This document shows, in pieces, positions 35,095 through 47,809 of a stretch of 64,000 nucleotides of DNA (its first letter is position 1; every line of letters starts with the position of its first letter). Under the pieces are notes generated by a model that did no database searches, had not been told where the DNA came from, and saw nothing but the letters and a program-made list of their open reading frames with translations. Position numbers and translations under genes: made by a program. This DNA comes from Mustelus asterias (Eukaryota): the NCBI RefSeq assembly GCF_964213995.1, contig NC_135818.1, positions 61,690,001 to 61,754,000 of the forward strand, in the 5' to 3' direction.

Positions 35095-36492
35095 GGTGAG
35101 AGATAAAAATAATTGCCCTTGACATCAAGGCAGCATTTGACCAAGTATGGCATCAAGGAGGCTTAGCAAAACTGGAGGCAGTGGGAATCAGGGGGAAAAT
35201 TCACCCCTCTTTTGAGTCATACCTGGGACAAAGGAAGATGGTTGTGAAGGTTGATCAATCATCTCACTTCCAGACATCACTGCAGGAGCTCCTCAGGGTA
35301 GTGTCCAAGGCCCAATCATCTTTATCAATCACCTTCTGCCCATCATAAGGTGGGGATGTTATGTTTGCTAAAGACTACATAATGTTCAGCACCATCCGTG
35401 ACTCCGCAGATATTGAAGAAGTCCATGCCCAAATGCAGCAAGTTCTGGACAGTATCTGGGCTTGGGCTGACAAATGGCAAGTAACATTCGCTCCGCACAA
35501 GTGCCAGTCAATGACCATCTCCAACAGGAGAGAATCTAACCATTGCCGCTTGACATTCAATGGCATTACCATCGCTGAATTCCCCACTATCAACATCCTG
35601 GGGGTTACCATTGACCAGAAACTGAACTGGACCAGCCATGCAAATATTGGGGCTAAAGGAGCAGGCCAGAGGCAGGAATCCTGTGGCGAGTAACTCATCT
35701 CCTGATCTCCAAAGCCTAACCGCCATTTACAAGGCACAAGTCAAGAGTGTGATGGAATAATCTCCAATTGCCTGGATGAGTGCAGCTCCAACAACACTCA
35801 TGAAGGTTGAAACTATTCAGGACAAAGCAACCTACTTGATTGATACCCTTTCCACAAATCACACCCTCCAGCACCAATGCACAGTGGCAGCAGTGTGTAC
35901 CATCTAAAAGATGGTACCCTTGGGACTCAATGTTGGGTTCGGCAGCTTCAGATTGTGACCTTTTTCCTCCGCCGTAAACCCCTTTTCTTAAATATCTCAT
36001 CCATGTATTGTTTCAATGCAAACCTCCCCCTCCCCCCTCACACACCAGGCCTTTCGTTCTTAAAGTTGCTACTTCTTGTTGCAACATTGTACACGCAGGA
36101 ACTCACCAAAACTACTTGGGGAGCACCTTTCAAACACGAGGCCGCTACCATCTGGAAGGACAAGAGCAGCAGATACCTGGGAACACCAGCACCTGGAAGT
36201 CCCCCACAAGTCATTCACCATTCTGACTTGGAAATATATCACCGTTCCTTCACTGTCGCTGGGTCAAAATCCTGGAAATCACTCCATGACAGCACTGTGG
36301 GTGCTGTCAGACCTTTGAATGGACCTACCTTGCATTAAGTTAATCTTTCTCTACAGCCTAGCACCTATACCTCAGGGACGGCAGCAGTTCAAGAAGGAAG
36401 CTCACCACCAACTTCTCAATGGCAACTAGGGATGGGCAATAAATGCTGACCTAGCCAGTGAAGCCCACATCCCATAAATTAATTTAAAAAAA
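35095..36492 (+). mobile_element. CR1/L2-like LINE 3' part (partner of SINE family B) carrying two foreign inserts
   Basis: ALDIKAAFDQVWHQG..PQGSV..WADKWQVTFAPHKCQSM..NILGVTIDQKLNW; tail 'tagggatgggcaataaatgctg'. Confidence 0.88.
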
Positions 36493-36769
36493 GTAAGTTC
36501 CAGAGTGGGGATGGTAGAGTTGCAATGGTTGAGGGGGAGGGTGTAGAGATCACTGTACTTTGTTGGTGGGCGGGGCTTCTGCTCCATGTGGTTCCGTAGG
36601 AACAATATTTCAAAGTTTGATAAGCATTGTGGGGCTGACGAATCAAAAGGGGAACAGGTATGGCTCCTCTCCACTCATCCCAACATCATGTAAGGTTAAA
36701 TGTAAGGTTTTCAGGCCTCATTTGGTGGCAGACTGGGAGTTGGGAGGCCTCATAAAATGGTGGCGGGTG

Positions 36770-36843
36770 TTGTTGGATGGGGAGTCCAATGGGGATTGTT
36801 GGATGGGGAGTCCAATGGGGATTGTTGGATGGGGAGTCCAATG
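36770..36843. repeat. Tandem repeat, 26 bp x ~2.8
   Basis: TTGTTGGATGGGGAGTCCAATGGGGA. Confidence 0.9.
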
Positions 36844-37401
36844 TCTTCCCACCTCCGCCGAATATTCTTAGCGTTGTGAACGGGGCGATGCCCGTGGGGA
36901 TGATCAGGGGTGGGGGGATGGAGGGGGGGTGGGGGGGGGGGCAATGTCCGTGAGTGGGAGGGAGTGACAGATCTCCCAGTATACTGTGTACACTGTGTAC
37001 ATAGTATACTTGGAGATCAAAGGCGCCTGCACTGGCGCCACTAGTGCTCAGCAGCTGGCTTCCTGGCGAGCTGAGATTCTATGCGCTCCCTACTGGTGAG
37101 ATTCACATTACGGCCTCTCTATTGCACAAAGTGCCATAAATCACCACCACTTATCTGGTTGGAAAAACTTTTTCTGAGAAAATTCCGCCTAAATGCTTTG
37201 TCGTTGCTGTTTTTTGGTTTTATAGTTGGTAATGCACCATATGGACCCTAAAGGGAAGATTATAGCAAAAGATAGATTAGATTAAAATAGTAAGATTGGA
37301 GACAAGTAAATTAAATATTAAGCTGCAATCTCACAATGCTTGATACGGAAAAAAAGTTATAAGATTTGGTTTGGTTTATTGTTGTCACATGTATTAACAT
37401 A

Positions 37402-39481
37402 GAACAAACAAAGACCAATACAGCACAGGAACAGGCCCTTCGGCCCTCCAAGCCTGCGGCGCTCATGTGCCCACTAGACCATTCTTTTGTATCCCTCTAT
37501 TCCCAGTCTGTTCATGTGGCTATCTAGATAAGTCTTAAACGATCCCATTGTGTCGACCTCAATCACCTTGCTTGGCAGTGCATTCCAGGCCCCCACCACC
37601 CTCTGTGTAAAATACATCCCCTTGACATCTGTGTTGAACCTTGCCCCCCTCACCTTGAACCCGTGACCCCTTGTGTTCGTCACCTCCGACCTGGGAAAAA
37701 GCTTCCCACTGTTCACCCTATCTATGCCCTTCATAATTTTATACACCTCTATTAGGTCGCCCCTCACCCTCCGTCTTTCCAGGGAGAACAACCCCAATTC
37801 ACCCAATCTCTCCTCATAGCTAAGACCCTCCATACCAGGCAACATCCTGGTAAACCTTTTCTGTATTCTCTCCAAAGCGTCCACGTCCTTCTGGTAGTGT
37901 GGCGACCAGAACTGGACGCAGTATTCCAAATGTGGCCTAACCATCGTTTTATACAGCTGCAACATCATATGCCAACTTTTATATTCTATGCCCCGTCCAA
38001 TAAAGGCAAGCATGCCATATGCCTTCTTGACCACCCTCTCCACCTGTGCTGCCACCTTTAAGGATCTGTGGACTTGTACACCCAGTCCCTCTGTGTGTCT
38101 ATACTCCTGATGATTCTGCCATTTATTGTATAGCTCCCCCTTACATTAGATCTCCAGAATGCAACACTTCTCATTTATCTGGATTAAATTCCATCTGCCA
38201 TTTCTCCGCCCAATGTTCCAGCCTATCTATATCCTGCTGTATTCTCTGACAATGTTTCTTCACTATCCGCAACTCCAGCAATCTTCGTGTCGTCTGCAAA
38301 CTTATTGATGACACCAGTTACATCTTCCTCCAAATCATTTATATTTATCACAAACAGCAGAGGTCCCAGTACAGAGCCCTGCGGAACACCACTAGTCACA
38401 GACCTCCAACTGGAAAAAGACCCCTCCACTGCTACCCTCTGTCTTCTATGGCTAAGCCAGTTCTTCACCCATCTAGCTAGCTCACCTTTTATCCCGTGAG
38501 ATTTAACCTTTTGCACCAGCCTGCCATGAGGGACCTTGTCAAACGCTTTACTAAAATCCATATAGACGACATCCACGGCCCTTCCCTCGTCAATCATTTT
38601 TGTCATCTCCTCAAAAAACTCAACCAAATTTGTGAGGCATGACCTCCCTCGTACAAAACCATGCTGTCTATCACTAATGAGATTATTCAGTTCTAAATGT
38701 GCACATATCCTATCTCTAAGAATCTTCTCCAACAACTTCCCTACCACGGACGTCAAGCTCACTGGCCTATAATTACCCGGGTTATCCTTGCGACCCTTCT
38801 TAAATAACGGGACCACATTTGCTATCCTCCAATCCTCTGGGACCTCACCTGTGTCCAGTGAAGAGACAAAGATTTCTGTTAGAGGCCCAGCAATTGCATC
38901 TCTCGCCTCCCTGAGGAGTCTAGGATAGATGCCTTCTGGCCCTGGGGATTTGTCTGTCTTAATGTTTCCTAAAAAACCTAACACTTCCTCCCTTGTAATT
39001 GAGATTTTTTCTAACGAGTCAACACATCTCCCTGAGACACTACCAGTCAACATGTCCCTCTCCTTTGTGAAGACTGATGCAAAGTATTCGTTTAGGATCT
39101 CACCTACTTCCTTTGGTTCTAAGCATAATTCCCCACCTTTGTCCCTGAGAGGTCCGATTCTTTCCCTAACAACCCTCTTGTTCCTAACATATGTATAAAA
39201 TGCCTTAGGATTCTCCTTAATCCTGTCTGACAAGGACATTTCATGACCCCTTTTTGCCCTTCTAAGTCCCTGTTTGAGTTCTTTTCTACTTTCTCTGTAT
39301 TCCTCCAGTGCTCCATCTGTTTTTAGCTGCCTGGACCTCATGTATGCCTCTTTTTTCTTTTTGATTAGACCCACAATTTCACTGGTTATCCACGGTTCTC
39401 GAATCCTACCTTTCCTATCCTTCCTCTTTACAGGCACATGCCTGTCCTGCAGTCCTATCAACTGCTCCTTAAAAGACTCCC
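37402..39481 (-). mobile_element. Young CR1 LINE, 5'-truncated, with near-intact RT
   Basis: ORFs 38223-39485 and 37474-38055: NYRPVSLTS, QHGF, DFSKAFDKVPH, GVPQGSVLGP, KFADD; frameshift near 38255; ACATA on both sides. Confidence 0.96.
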
Positions 39482-40545
39482 ACATACAGTGGAAAGTACT
39501 GTTTCTTGCTATACAGCCAAAACATACCGTTGATAGAGAAGGAAATGAGAGAGTGCAGAATGTAGTGTTACAGTCATAGTTAGGCTGTAGAGAAAGATTA
39601 ACTTAATGCAAGGTAGGTCCATTCAAAAGTCTGACAGCAGCAGAGAAGAAGCTGTTCTTGAGTCGGTTGATATGTGACCTCAGACTTTTGTATCTTTTTC
39701 CCGACGGAAGAAGGTGGAAGAGAGAACGTCCTGGGTGCATGGGATCCTTAATTATGCTGGCTGCTTTGCCGAGGCAATGGGAAGTGTAGACAGAGTCAAT
39801 GGATGGGAGGCTGGTTTGCGTGATGGATTGGGCTACATTCACGACCTTTTGTAGTTCCTTGCGGTCTTGGGCAGAGCAGGAGCCGTACCAAGCTGTGATA
39901 CAACCAGAAAGAATGCTTTCTATGGTGCATCTGTAAAAGTTGGTGAGAGTCGTAGCTGACATGCCAAATTTTCTTAGTCTTCTGAGAAAGTAGAGGCGTT
40001 GGTGGGCTTTCTTAACTATAGTGTCGGCATGGGGGGGACCAGGACAGGTTGTTGGTGATCTGGGCACCTAAAAACTTGAAGCTCTTGAACCTTTCTACTT
40101 CATCCCCGTAGATGTAGACAGGGGCATGTTCTCCTTTGTGCTCCCTGAAGTCGATGACTATCTCCTTCATTCTGTTGACATTGAGGGAGAGATCATTGTT
40201 GCCGCACCAGTTCACCAGATTCTCGATCTCATTCCTGTACTCTTTCTCGTCATTGTTTGAGATCCGACCCACTACGTGGTGTCATCAGCAAACTTGAAAT
40301 CGAATTGGAGGGGAATTTGGCCACTCAGTCAAAGGTGTATAAGGAGTATAGTAGGGGTCTGAGAACACAGCCTTGTGGGGCACCGGTGTTGAGGATAATC
40401 GTGGATGAGGTGTTGTTGCCTATCCTTACTGATTGTGGTCTGCGAGTTAGGAAGTTCAGGATCCAGTCGCAGAGGGCGGAGCTGAGGCCCAGGCCATGGA
40501 GTTTGGAGATGAGTTTCATGGGAATAATGTTGTTGAAGGCAGAAG
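39482..40545 (-). mobile_element. Rex1/Babar-type LINE; its last ~40 bp are displaced to 37360-37401 by the CR1
   Basis: [48 protein letters not shown]. Confidence 0.93.
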
Positions 40546-40699
40546 GTATTATACTTCATTAGATTTCAACAAATTGCATAAGTTCTCAATGCATTCCCAC
40601 TGTCAGGAAAGAGAGATAAGAGAAAACGCTATGGATAGCTTAAAACCATAAACTGTTTCCCCCTTCCTTCTTGCAATTAAAACTAGTTTTTGCAGTAAC

Positions 40700-40886
40700 A
40701 AGTCTCTGTTGCTGGGTCAAAACCCTGGAACTCCCTCCCTATAAGCACTGTGGATGTACCACACCTCAGGGACTGCAGTGGTTCAAGAAGATAGTTCTAC
40801 ACCACCTTCTCAAGAGCAACAAGGGATAGGCAATAAATGCTGGCCTAGTCAACGACATCCATATCCTGTAAAATGAATTTTAAAAA
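40700..40886 (+). mobile_element. 3' end of the 35095-type LINE
   Basis: 'tgctgggtcaaaaccctggaactccctccct...gcaataaatgctggcc'. Confidence 0.8.
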
Positions 40887-41469
40887 TATGTTGAGATGAT
40901 ACATCATCCTGCACCTGCTCAAAAGTCAGTTTGAAAACTTAATGCAGCATAATTTGCAGAACAGCAGTTCCAACCCACGCTTGGAGTCATTTAATTATTT
41001 TGGGCTTAGACCCTCTAACACTCTTACAAGCCTATATTTCTTACAATATCCATCCAGATACACTACAGAGTCATATGCCTAAGTCCATCTGTTCCTCTGC
41101 GCATTTCTATATTCACACCAGGAATTTCCTCGAGGCTTTTCCTTAATTGCTGCTTAAATGTAGAGGTGGATAGGTGAATTGGTACAAGTTGTTTTGGCTT
41201 CCACCAATCTTCCTGCCTGTATGGGAGATCCCAAAGAAATTCTTCATATCTAGCTGTATTGTAAAGGCCTTGTCAGTGTGAACTCGCAGGTTAAGCTACT
41301 TTACTGCAGCTACGTCTAAATGATTAAAATGTGGAATAAACATAAGTAATCAGGACATATCCTTCTTCTACAAAATGGTTGATGTTATTTAATTGCTTAT
41401 GTAGATTTATCAAAAATATATATTAAAATAAGACATTCCTTTACTTCAGATTTCTAGCTGCAGATGGTG

Positions 41470-42440
41470 GGAGGTCTTGTGGTGCAGTGGTAGTGCCCCT
41501 ACTTAGAATCGGAAAATCCCTACACTGCAGAAGGAGGCCATTCGGCCCATCCGGTCTGCATCGACCACCATTCCACCCAGGCCCTATCACCACAACCCCA
41601 TGCATTTACCCTAGCTAGTCCCCCTGGCACTAAGGGGCAATTTAGCATCTAATCCAATCCCGCTTAACTCGCACATCTTTGGATTGTGGGAGGAAACTGG
41701 AGCACCCGGAAGAAATCCACGCAGACATGGGAGAATGTGCAAACTCCACACAGACAGTGACCCAAGCCGGGAATTGAACCCGGGTCCCTGGCGCTGTGAG
41801 GCAGCAGTGCTAACCACTGTGCCGCTTCTGGGCCAGAAGCTCTACGTTCACAGAAGCATTAAAAATGGGAGCAGGAGGAGGCCAGTCGGCTCTTCAAGCC
41901 TGCTCTGCCATTCATTATGATCACGGCTGATCTTCAACTTGACAGCCTGATCCCGCCTTCCCTCCATATCCTTTGATTCCCTTTGTCTCAAGTGCTGTAC
42001 CCAACTGCCTCTTGAAAACATGTTTTGGCCTCCACTACTTTCTGTGGTACTGAATTCCACAGGCTTACCATTCACTGAGTGAAGAAATTTCTCCTCATCT
42101 CTGTCCTAAACGGTCTATCCTGTATCCTCAGACTGTGACCTCTGGTTCTGGATACCCCCACCATCGGGAACATTCTTCTTGCATCTACCTGTCTAGTCCT
42201 GTTTGAATTGTATAGATTTTTATGACTTGATGGCCATAGGAGGTGTATCTGAAATGTGGCCAGACAGGTGATTATCAGCCTGCAAATCCTTCCAATATGT
42301 CTGATGGCAGGCGGTAAAGGCAGGAGCTTTTCCTGGTCAGCATACCACAGTAGGCAAAAACAAAACCACTGCCGTACTTAACCAGGAATAATCATGGACT
42401 AATCCAACAGAATTCCATGGTTGTCAAACCTGAAGGAGAA
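41470..42440. mobile_element. Nested stack: third-family tRNA SINE (+) interrupted by HE1 (41505-41825, -) and a CR1 3' fragment (41850-42225, -)
   Basis: Head 'gggaggtcttgtggtgcagtggtagtg' continues as 'tctgggccagaagctctacgttca' and then 'gacttgatggcc...'. Confidence 0.7.
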
Positions 42441-43282
42441 GAGTTATGGATGGGATTTGGGTAATTCCTGCCTGCTTATATCTGTTGGTTCAAAAACTTA
42501 AATTCTTTACTAGAAGAGATTTTAATCACAGCTGAAATGAGTTAAACACATGTTGATACCTTCTCTATTTTTAGTTAATTTCATTAGCATTACACAAATG
42601 ATTTTGGCAGAGCATTTGTCAGAAAAGAAAGTTATGTTAAACATTTTCCATTTGTTGAATAAATAGCACAGCAAGGAATGTTAGAGTTGCTGTTGCCAGG
42701 TGTTGATGGTAATACCTCCGGCGTTACAAACCTCATATTTGAACCATGTCTTCTTTGGCTCACACCCAAACATCATCAAATAATCCATCTCCTTGACAAT
42801 GTCTTGCGTCAGTCTTCCATAACGCTTTTGGGAACTTAGCAAACAGGCTCAGTCAGGTATAGGTACATCGCCGTGCTGCTCCGACCCAGCTCCTAATACA
42901 GTTTGTTTATCTCCTGACTTGACAGTTTGGTTCTAGCCTGAAGAAATATTTTGTGTTATAAATATCGTATTTTGTGTCAGCTGAAATGACAGAAATTCTT
43001 TTCTTATCATCCGCCTGTCAAGGAGATGCTATGTTGACTTGTCACTATTGAATGTGTTTTGAGGAAAGGATAAAATGATTATCAGCGCTTGATGGGTAGA
43101 GTAAGATTTTTGTGTGAAATGAGTCACAGTTACAAGACTATTGAAAACCTTCACACATTACAGCTTTACTAGTTAAACAGTCAATACCCGATCAGTTTGA
43201 TATACAAACAGTTAAATACTTACTTGGGTAGATTTCTATAATGAAAGGAATGGAACACAATGACAAAAATGTGACAGTAAAT

Positions 43283-43452
43283 ATAGAAACATAGGAACTA
43301 GAAGCAGGAGTAGGCCATTCGGCCCTTCGAGCCTGCTCCGCCATTCATCTTGATCATGGCTGATCATCGAATTCAATATCCTGATCCCCCCTTCCTCCCA
43401 CATCCCTTGATCCTTTTAGCCCCAAGAGCTATATCTAATTTCTTCTTGAAAT
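43283..43452 (-). mobile_element. CR1 3' UTR fragment
   Basis: 'agaagcaggagtaggccattcggcccttcgagcctgc'. Confidence 0.85.
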
Positions 43453-43454
43453 CA

Positions 43455-43775
43455 GGGTGGCACAGTGGCACAGTGGTTAGCACTGCTGCCTTAAAGCGCC
43501 AGGGACCGGGTATGGTTCCCGGCTTGGGTCACTGTCAGTGCGGAGTCTGCATGTTCTCCCCATGACTGCGTGGGTTTCCTCCGGGTGCTCCAGTTTCCTC
43601 CCACAGCCCAAAGATGTGCGGGTTAGGCGGATTGGCCATGCTAAATTGCCCTTTAGTGTCAGGGGGATTAGCAGGGTAAATACATGGGGTTACAGGGATA
43701 GGGCCTGGGTGGGATTGTTGTCAGTGCAGGCTCGATGGGCTGAATGGCCTCCTTCTGCACTGTAGAGATGCTATC
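43455..43775 (+). mobile_element. HE1 SINE
   Basis: Full length. Confidence 0.93.
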
Positions 43776-44410
43776 AGAAAACATTTTGGCCCCAACTGCA
43801 TTCTGTAGTATATATTAAGTGTTTAGCACAAAATCTGAGATACTGTGGCATAAACACAATTTCATATTTGCTTCCTGCACTGTCACCCATCCCCCCAAAC
43901 AACAATGACCTATTGTTGGATTTCATCATTCTGTCTTTCAGGAAGTAGGTGCAAACAAGGTCAGCACTTTCCACGCTGCTTGCCAAAGTAATGTTCAGCC
44001 TGCAAAATTCTATTTCTTCCTTCACATAGCACTCAGCCTGGCAGCCCTAATACCACCCGCCTGGTGCCATCGTGCAGGATTTTTGCCTGTTTTGAAATGA
44101 ACTTTTGTGGGAATTATTCGCTCCAACTCTTAATTACCACTGTTGGTGGGTGAGCCCTCTTTCTTGCTGTAAGGCGACATCAGTGGAGTTGTGTGAAGTA
44201 GCAGGCCCTGAAAATTACAACTTTGATATGAACACTGACCTCCACTAACCCTGCCTTTGAAGACATTTCCAATGTACAAAATTACTCACTGTTAGCACCA
44301 CAGCTAAACAGAAATTTCAACTAGATTCGTTATCACCTTTCAAATAGTCAGAATAAGGCAAGAGATAGCGGATTCATTACTGTCTGTAGTATAAGGGTCA
44401 GGCACATATA

Positions 44411-44525
44411 GGCCAGAACTTTATTGTCCCACCCGCCATGGGAATCGGAGCGGGCGAGGGGCAGACCATGAAAAGGCCCGCTGACCTCGGGTGGGATTTT
44501 ACGGTTTCGGGATGAAATCCCACCC
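44411..44525. mobile_element. MITE (family of 9204)
   Basis: 'ccatgggaatcggagcgggcgagg...tgacctcgggtgggattttacgg'. Confidence 0.7.
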
Positions 44526-44529
44526 GTAA

Positions 44530-44779
44530 TGTTAATATGGGACTGTGTACAGTACTGTACATGGAGTGATGTGAGAGAACACATGACTCAGACTTAGGGT
44601 CAGTGTAGTGTTCCGTGGGGATGTGATAGACTTTAAGCATGGAGACAGCTCCTACCTTATACTCTTTGCTGCACATGTGTTAATTGTTCTAGCGGTCAAT
44701 AAAGACTTACAGTTAACTTACAGAAGACCACGGAGCCCTCTTGAAGACATACTGTTCTATAACAAACACACTCCCAACA
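44530..44779 (+). mobile_element. Probable solo LTR
   Basis: TGTT...AACA termini, AATAAA at ~44698; no TSD seen. Confidence 0.5.
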
Positions 44780-44795
44780 ATGTCCTTTAGGTCAG

Positions 44796-45093
44796 TGTGG
44801 TGAACCATTGTTGGTTCCCACTAGGTAGTGCTGAGCCATGGTCTGGCCAGTACTATGAGTCTGTATATATGTTACTGTTGGGGTTAGGGTTGGGCTGTTC
44901 TACCTGTTAATATAGTTGTTATGGTACACCCCAGTCGGCTCTGCCTCCTGGGAGAGGTATAAAGGTCACTGCTCTGCCTGGTGACCCTTTAGTCTGGGAT
45001 CGTGTACTGTATATGGTAGCTCTGTTATTGTTGGCAACAAAAGCCTTTATTTCCCGAGTACATCACGCCTCTCGTGTGTTATATCGCGCATCA
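44796..45093 (+). mobile_element. Solo LTR with 5-bp TSD, inserted into a family B SINE (44780-45280)
   Basis: TG...CA, TATA 'ggtataaagg', GTCAG at 44791-44795 and 45094-45098. Confidence 0.88.
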
Positions 45094-45953
45094 GTCAGGA
45101 AATTTGCCATCCTTACCTGGTCCTGCTACATGTGACGCCAGACACACAGCAAAGTTGTTGACTCTTAACTGCCCTCTGAAATGGCCCAGCAAGCTAAGCA
45201 GTGCAAGGACAAATACCGATGAGGCAAAAAATGCTGGCTTTGCCAGAAGTGCCCACATCCCATCAAAGAATAGAGAAAAACATAATGTCAACATCACTTA
45301 TTGATCTCCGACTTTGAAGTTACATTTTTTCGAAGTCAATTAATTCTGAGAGTGATTCTTTTGCTATTTGACATTGCCAAAAATGGATGCTGCACTGGAA
45401 TTATCATTGCTTCTCATGCTACTGAAAATTCCACCCATCTGGTTTAAAAATGCTGCTTCTTTAAGGTTAATCTGATGGCAAAATTTAATGCTCATGATAG
45501 TATTAGCACATGCCAAGCTGTCAGACCAGCAGTTGTCATAGTAACAACATCTTGGCAACCATTGAATCCAGCTGTCCTCAGTCTTTTTATAAAACAGCCT
45601 CATCACTTAGTGTTCAGCTTTCTCATGGACAGCACAGCTGGGATGTGGTAGATATGTAATAGTCATGATGAGATTGCATTCAGCGACCTGTTGGGACGCA
45701 TTCCTTCACTTCATTACAAGCTATTTGTAGTTTGTAATGTTATTTCAGCCCCTTTGCCTTGTTTCGAGATTTATAGGTGATAAATTCACAAATGGTAATG
45801 CTTGGTTAGTCAACATTTGAAAGGCTTCTTCTACTCTTTTGTTTGCTTGATTACTCAGACACACGGCACAATCCTCCAGTGGATCATGAGAAAACAGATA
45901 GAATACTTGCCCCCCACCCCCCACATGAATGGTGTGAAACCCAAGGAGACGTA

Positions 45954-46785
45954 GGGCCCTATTTTACCATTTTGATCCTAAGTGCTGGGCGGACTTGAAA
46001 CTGGGAGTGTTTCAGATCTGATTTTTAGGCCCGTTCTCAGACGCTCCCATACGCATTCTGCCTGAAGAAATATCAGCGATTCCGAATTGCACACCAGAAG
46101 CCTGTGGGCGGGGCTTAATGCGCCCGAAATCCTGAAGTTCCAATCAGCACTTCCAACTGCGCATGCGCAGAAAAAAAATGATAGAATGTGGCTCCCCTGC
46201 CACATCGCTCCCGGGCTGGATAATGCCACCCCCTGGTGCCCACAGACATTGTCCCACCCCCCCAACATTACTCACCCCCTTACTCCCCCACCCCCTCTGC
46301 CACCCAGATCGATCATGGGCCCCTCCCCCCCATCGATCTCAGGCAGAGTGGCAGCGGACCCCCCTCCCCCCCCACTGATCTCAGGCAGAGTGGCAGCGGA
46401 CCCCCCTTCCCCCCACTGTTCTCAGGCAGAGTGGCAGCGGAACCCCCCCCCTTTCTGCTCCCCCAACCGATCTCAAACAGAGCGCTGCCGGACATGAGGC
46501 ACTCACCTCCTCACTAACTGGAGCGCCCAAATCAGACTTTTGTGGACCGTTTTTGGCGCAGATTCTGGATGGACGAACGTGGTGGTAAAGGGGGAAGTGC
46601 AGCCCATTAAGTCAATTTAAATGCATGGAAATTTTGGGCGTGGAGCCAGTCTCGGCCATTTTCGGGCCTTAGTAAAGGGCGAACCGGTGTGGAGGCTGGC
46701 ACGGATCACGCTACTCACCTCATGCCCGACTTTACCAAGTCTTTGCGCCCAAAAATGGGCATAACGCAATGATAAAATCGGGCCC
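45954..46785. mobile_element. GC-rich non-autonomous TIR element (Harbinger-like)
   Basis: TIR 'gggccctattttacc' / 'gataaaatcgggccc'; three internal copies of 'tctcaggcagagtggcagcgga'. Confidence 0.75.
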
Positions 46786-46869
46786 ATAGTCACATTTTGC
46801 AGTCTGTTAGAATCTTAAAGGACCTCGACTCTTGAATGTACTGACAATAATACAAACAATGGCAGCATA

Positions 46870-47190
46870 AAAACAAAGAACAAAGAACAAAGAAAAGTAC
46901 AGCACAGGAACAGGCCCTTTGGCCCTCCAAGCCTGCGCCGATCATGATGCCTGCCTAAACTAAAACCGTATCCACTTACGGAGTCCGTATCCTTCCATTC
47001 CCATCCTATTCATGGATATGTCTAGTTGCCCCTTAAATGCCGCTATCAACACCACCCCGGGCAGCGCGTTCCGGACATTCATCACACTCAGTGTAAAAAA
47101 CCTGTCTCGCACATCTCCTCGAAGCTTTTTCCCATGGACTTTAAACCTATGCCCCCTACTCTAGGAAAGAGCATCTGACTATCCACTCCA
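46870..47190 (-). mobile_element. CR1 3' fragment
   Basis: (AACAAAG)n tail and 'acagcacaggaacaggccc'. Confidence 0.85.
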
Positions 47191-47449
47191 ACTTTAACAA
47201 ATGCCTTTAACCTGTGAGAAATTTCAATGGCATTTCGTTGATTGGTGTCTGGAAAATGGATATTGAGTTAGGAAAGGAGAAATTAACCTCATGCTTTGTC
47301 AAGTAAATGGTTTCTCGGTTGGGGATGGGGTTTAGATACCGTTAGAAAGACAGAGAGGTTCAAAGAGTGAATTCCGGAGAGTAGGAACAGTGAGGGTGTG
47401 GAGAAGGGGTGGGGGTGAAAAGCTGGGGCAGAGTCCAGGAAAATGTAGG

Positions 47450-47765
47450 CATAGAATAGAATCCCTACAGTGCAGAAAGAGGCCAGTTAGCCCATCGAGC
47501 ATCCACAGACAACAATCCCATCCAGGCCCTATTGCCACAACCCCATGTATTTACCCTGCTAGTCCCCCTGACACTAAGGGGCAATTGAGCATGGCCAATC
47601 CACCTAACCTGCACATCTTTGGACTGTGGGAGGAAACCAGAGCACCCGGAGGAAACCCATGTAGACACGTGCAAACTCCATACAGTCACCCAAGCTGGGA
47701 ATCGAACCCGGATCCCTGGCACTGTGAGGCAGCAGTTCCTAACCACTGTGCCACCATGCTGCCCA
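47450..47765 (-). mobile_element. HE1 SINE
   Basis: Full length. Confidence 0.93.
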
Positions 47766-47809
47766 TACATGTACACAAGGTCTACAGGTCAAGGTCTCCT
47801 TTCAAGATC

